From a virus (taxonomy: Duplodnaviria; Heunggongvirae; Uroviricota; Caudoviricetes): a stretch of DNA of 25,964 bases. Shown in pieces: positions 25,776 to 25,964 of the stretch; within the stretch, counting starts at the first letter, position 1, and every line of letters starts with the position of its first letter. The position numbers and the translations under genes were made by a program. The DNA is taken from IMG/VR virus record IMGVR_UViG_3300032327_001521; one strand, given 5' to 3'. The notes beneath the pieces were generated by a model that worked only from the letters and a program-made list of their open reading frames with translations, was not told the origin of the DNA and did no database searches.

Positions 25776-25963
25776 ATGAGTTCAATTCGTTCAAATTCAA
25801 TGGTATCTGCTAGTCTAAGCGCTTCTGCCCAGTCTATATAGATTAATTTACTCTTATCTACAAAAACAAACTTGACATCCTGGGATATTTTTGCATCTTC
25901 AAAAATTCTGGCATAGCTTATGATTTCCCAAAGAGTGTCCTCATATACAGTTATTGACTCAAT
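25772..25963 (-). CDS. Partial (3' end) ORF, possibly a HAD-superfamily phosphatase
   Basis: Not in ORF track; translates to IESITVYEDTLWEIISYARIFED...FERIELI*; ITVYED resembles HAD motif IV; TGA overlaps the kinase ATG (ATGA). Confidence 0.5.
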   Translation of the reverse strand: MESITVYEDTLWEIISYARIFEDAKISQDVKFVFVDKSKLIYIDWAEALRLADTIEFERIELI

Positions 25964-25964
25964 A

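Noticed and set aside
1-25964. tRNA, rRNA, integrase, transposase, intron or intein
   Set aside because: No supporting motifs or structures found by eye; a tRNAscan/Infernal run would be decisive

Overview
This window is part of a large T4-like (myovirus/jumbo-type) phage genome in the standard genetic code. The AT-rich leaders without Shine-Dalgarno sites suggest a Bacteroidota host (inference). It has four modules. (1) Head module, - strand, 86-4750: gp23-like major capsid protein, a gp21-like prohead protease fused to a scaffold with 14-aa repeats, and a DnaJ chaperone. (2) A six-gene glycosyltransferase/methyltransferase island on the + strand, 4835-10544. (3) Baseplate module, - strand, 10541-17030: gp5 spike, tube-fold proteins, hub and gp53. 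(4) A block of probable internal-head (capsid-packaged) proteins, - strand, 17195-25156, most carrying a motif like the T4 capsid-targeting sequence, followed by a P-loop kinase and a partial HAD-like gene. The most notable observations are: a 525-aa-track ORF whose tail copies the predicted mature N-terminal arm of the capsid protein; a 946-aa ligase + HxGH nucleotidyltransferase + PD-(D/E)xK nuclease protein; a probable nested scaffold gene with its own late promoter inside the protease gene; and a candidate virion glycosylation island. All family calls come from motif recognition by eye, with no database searches run.
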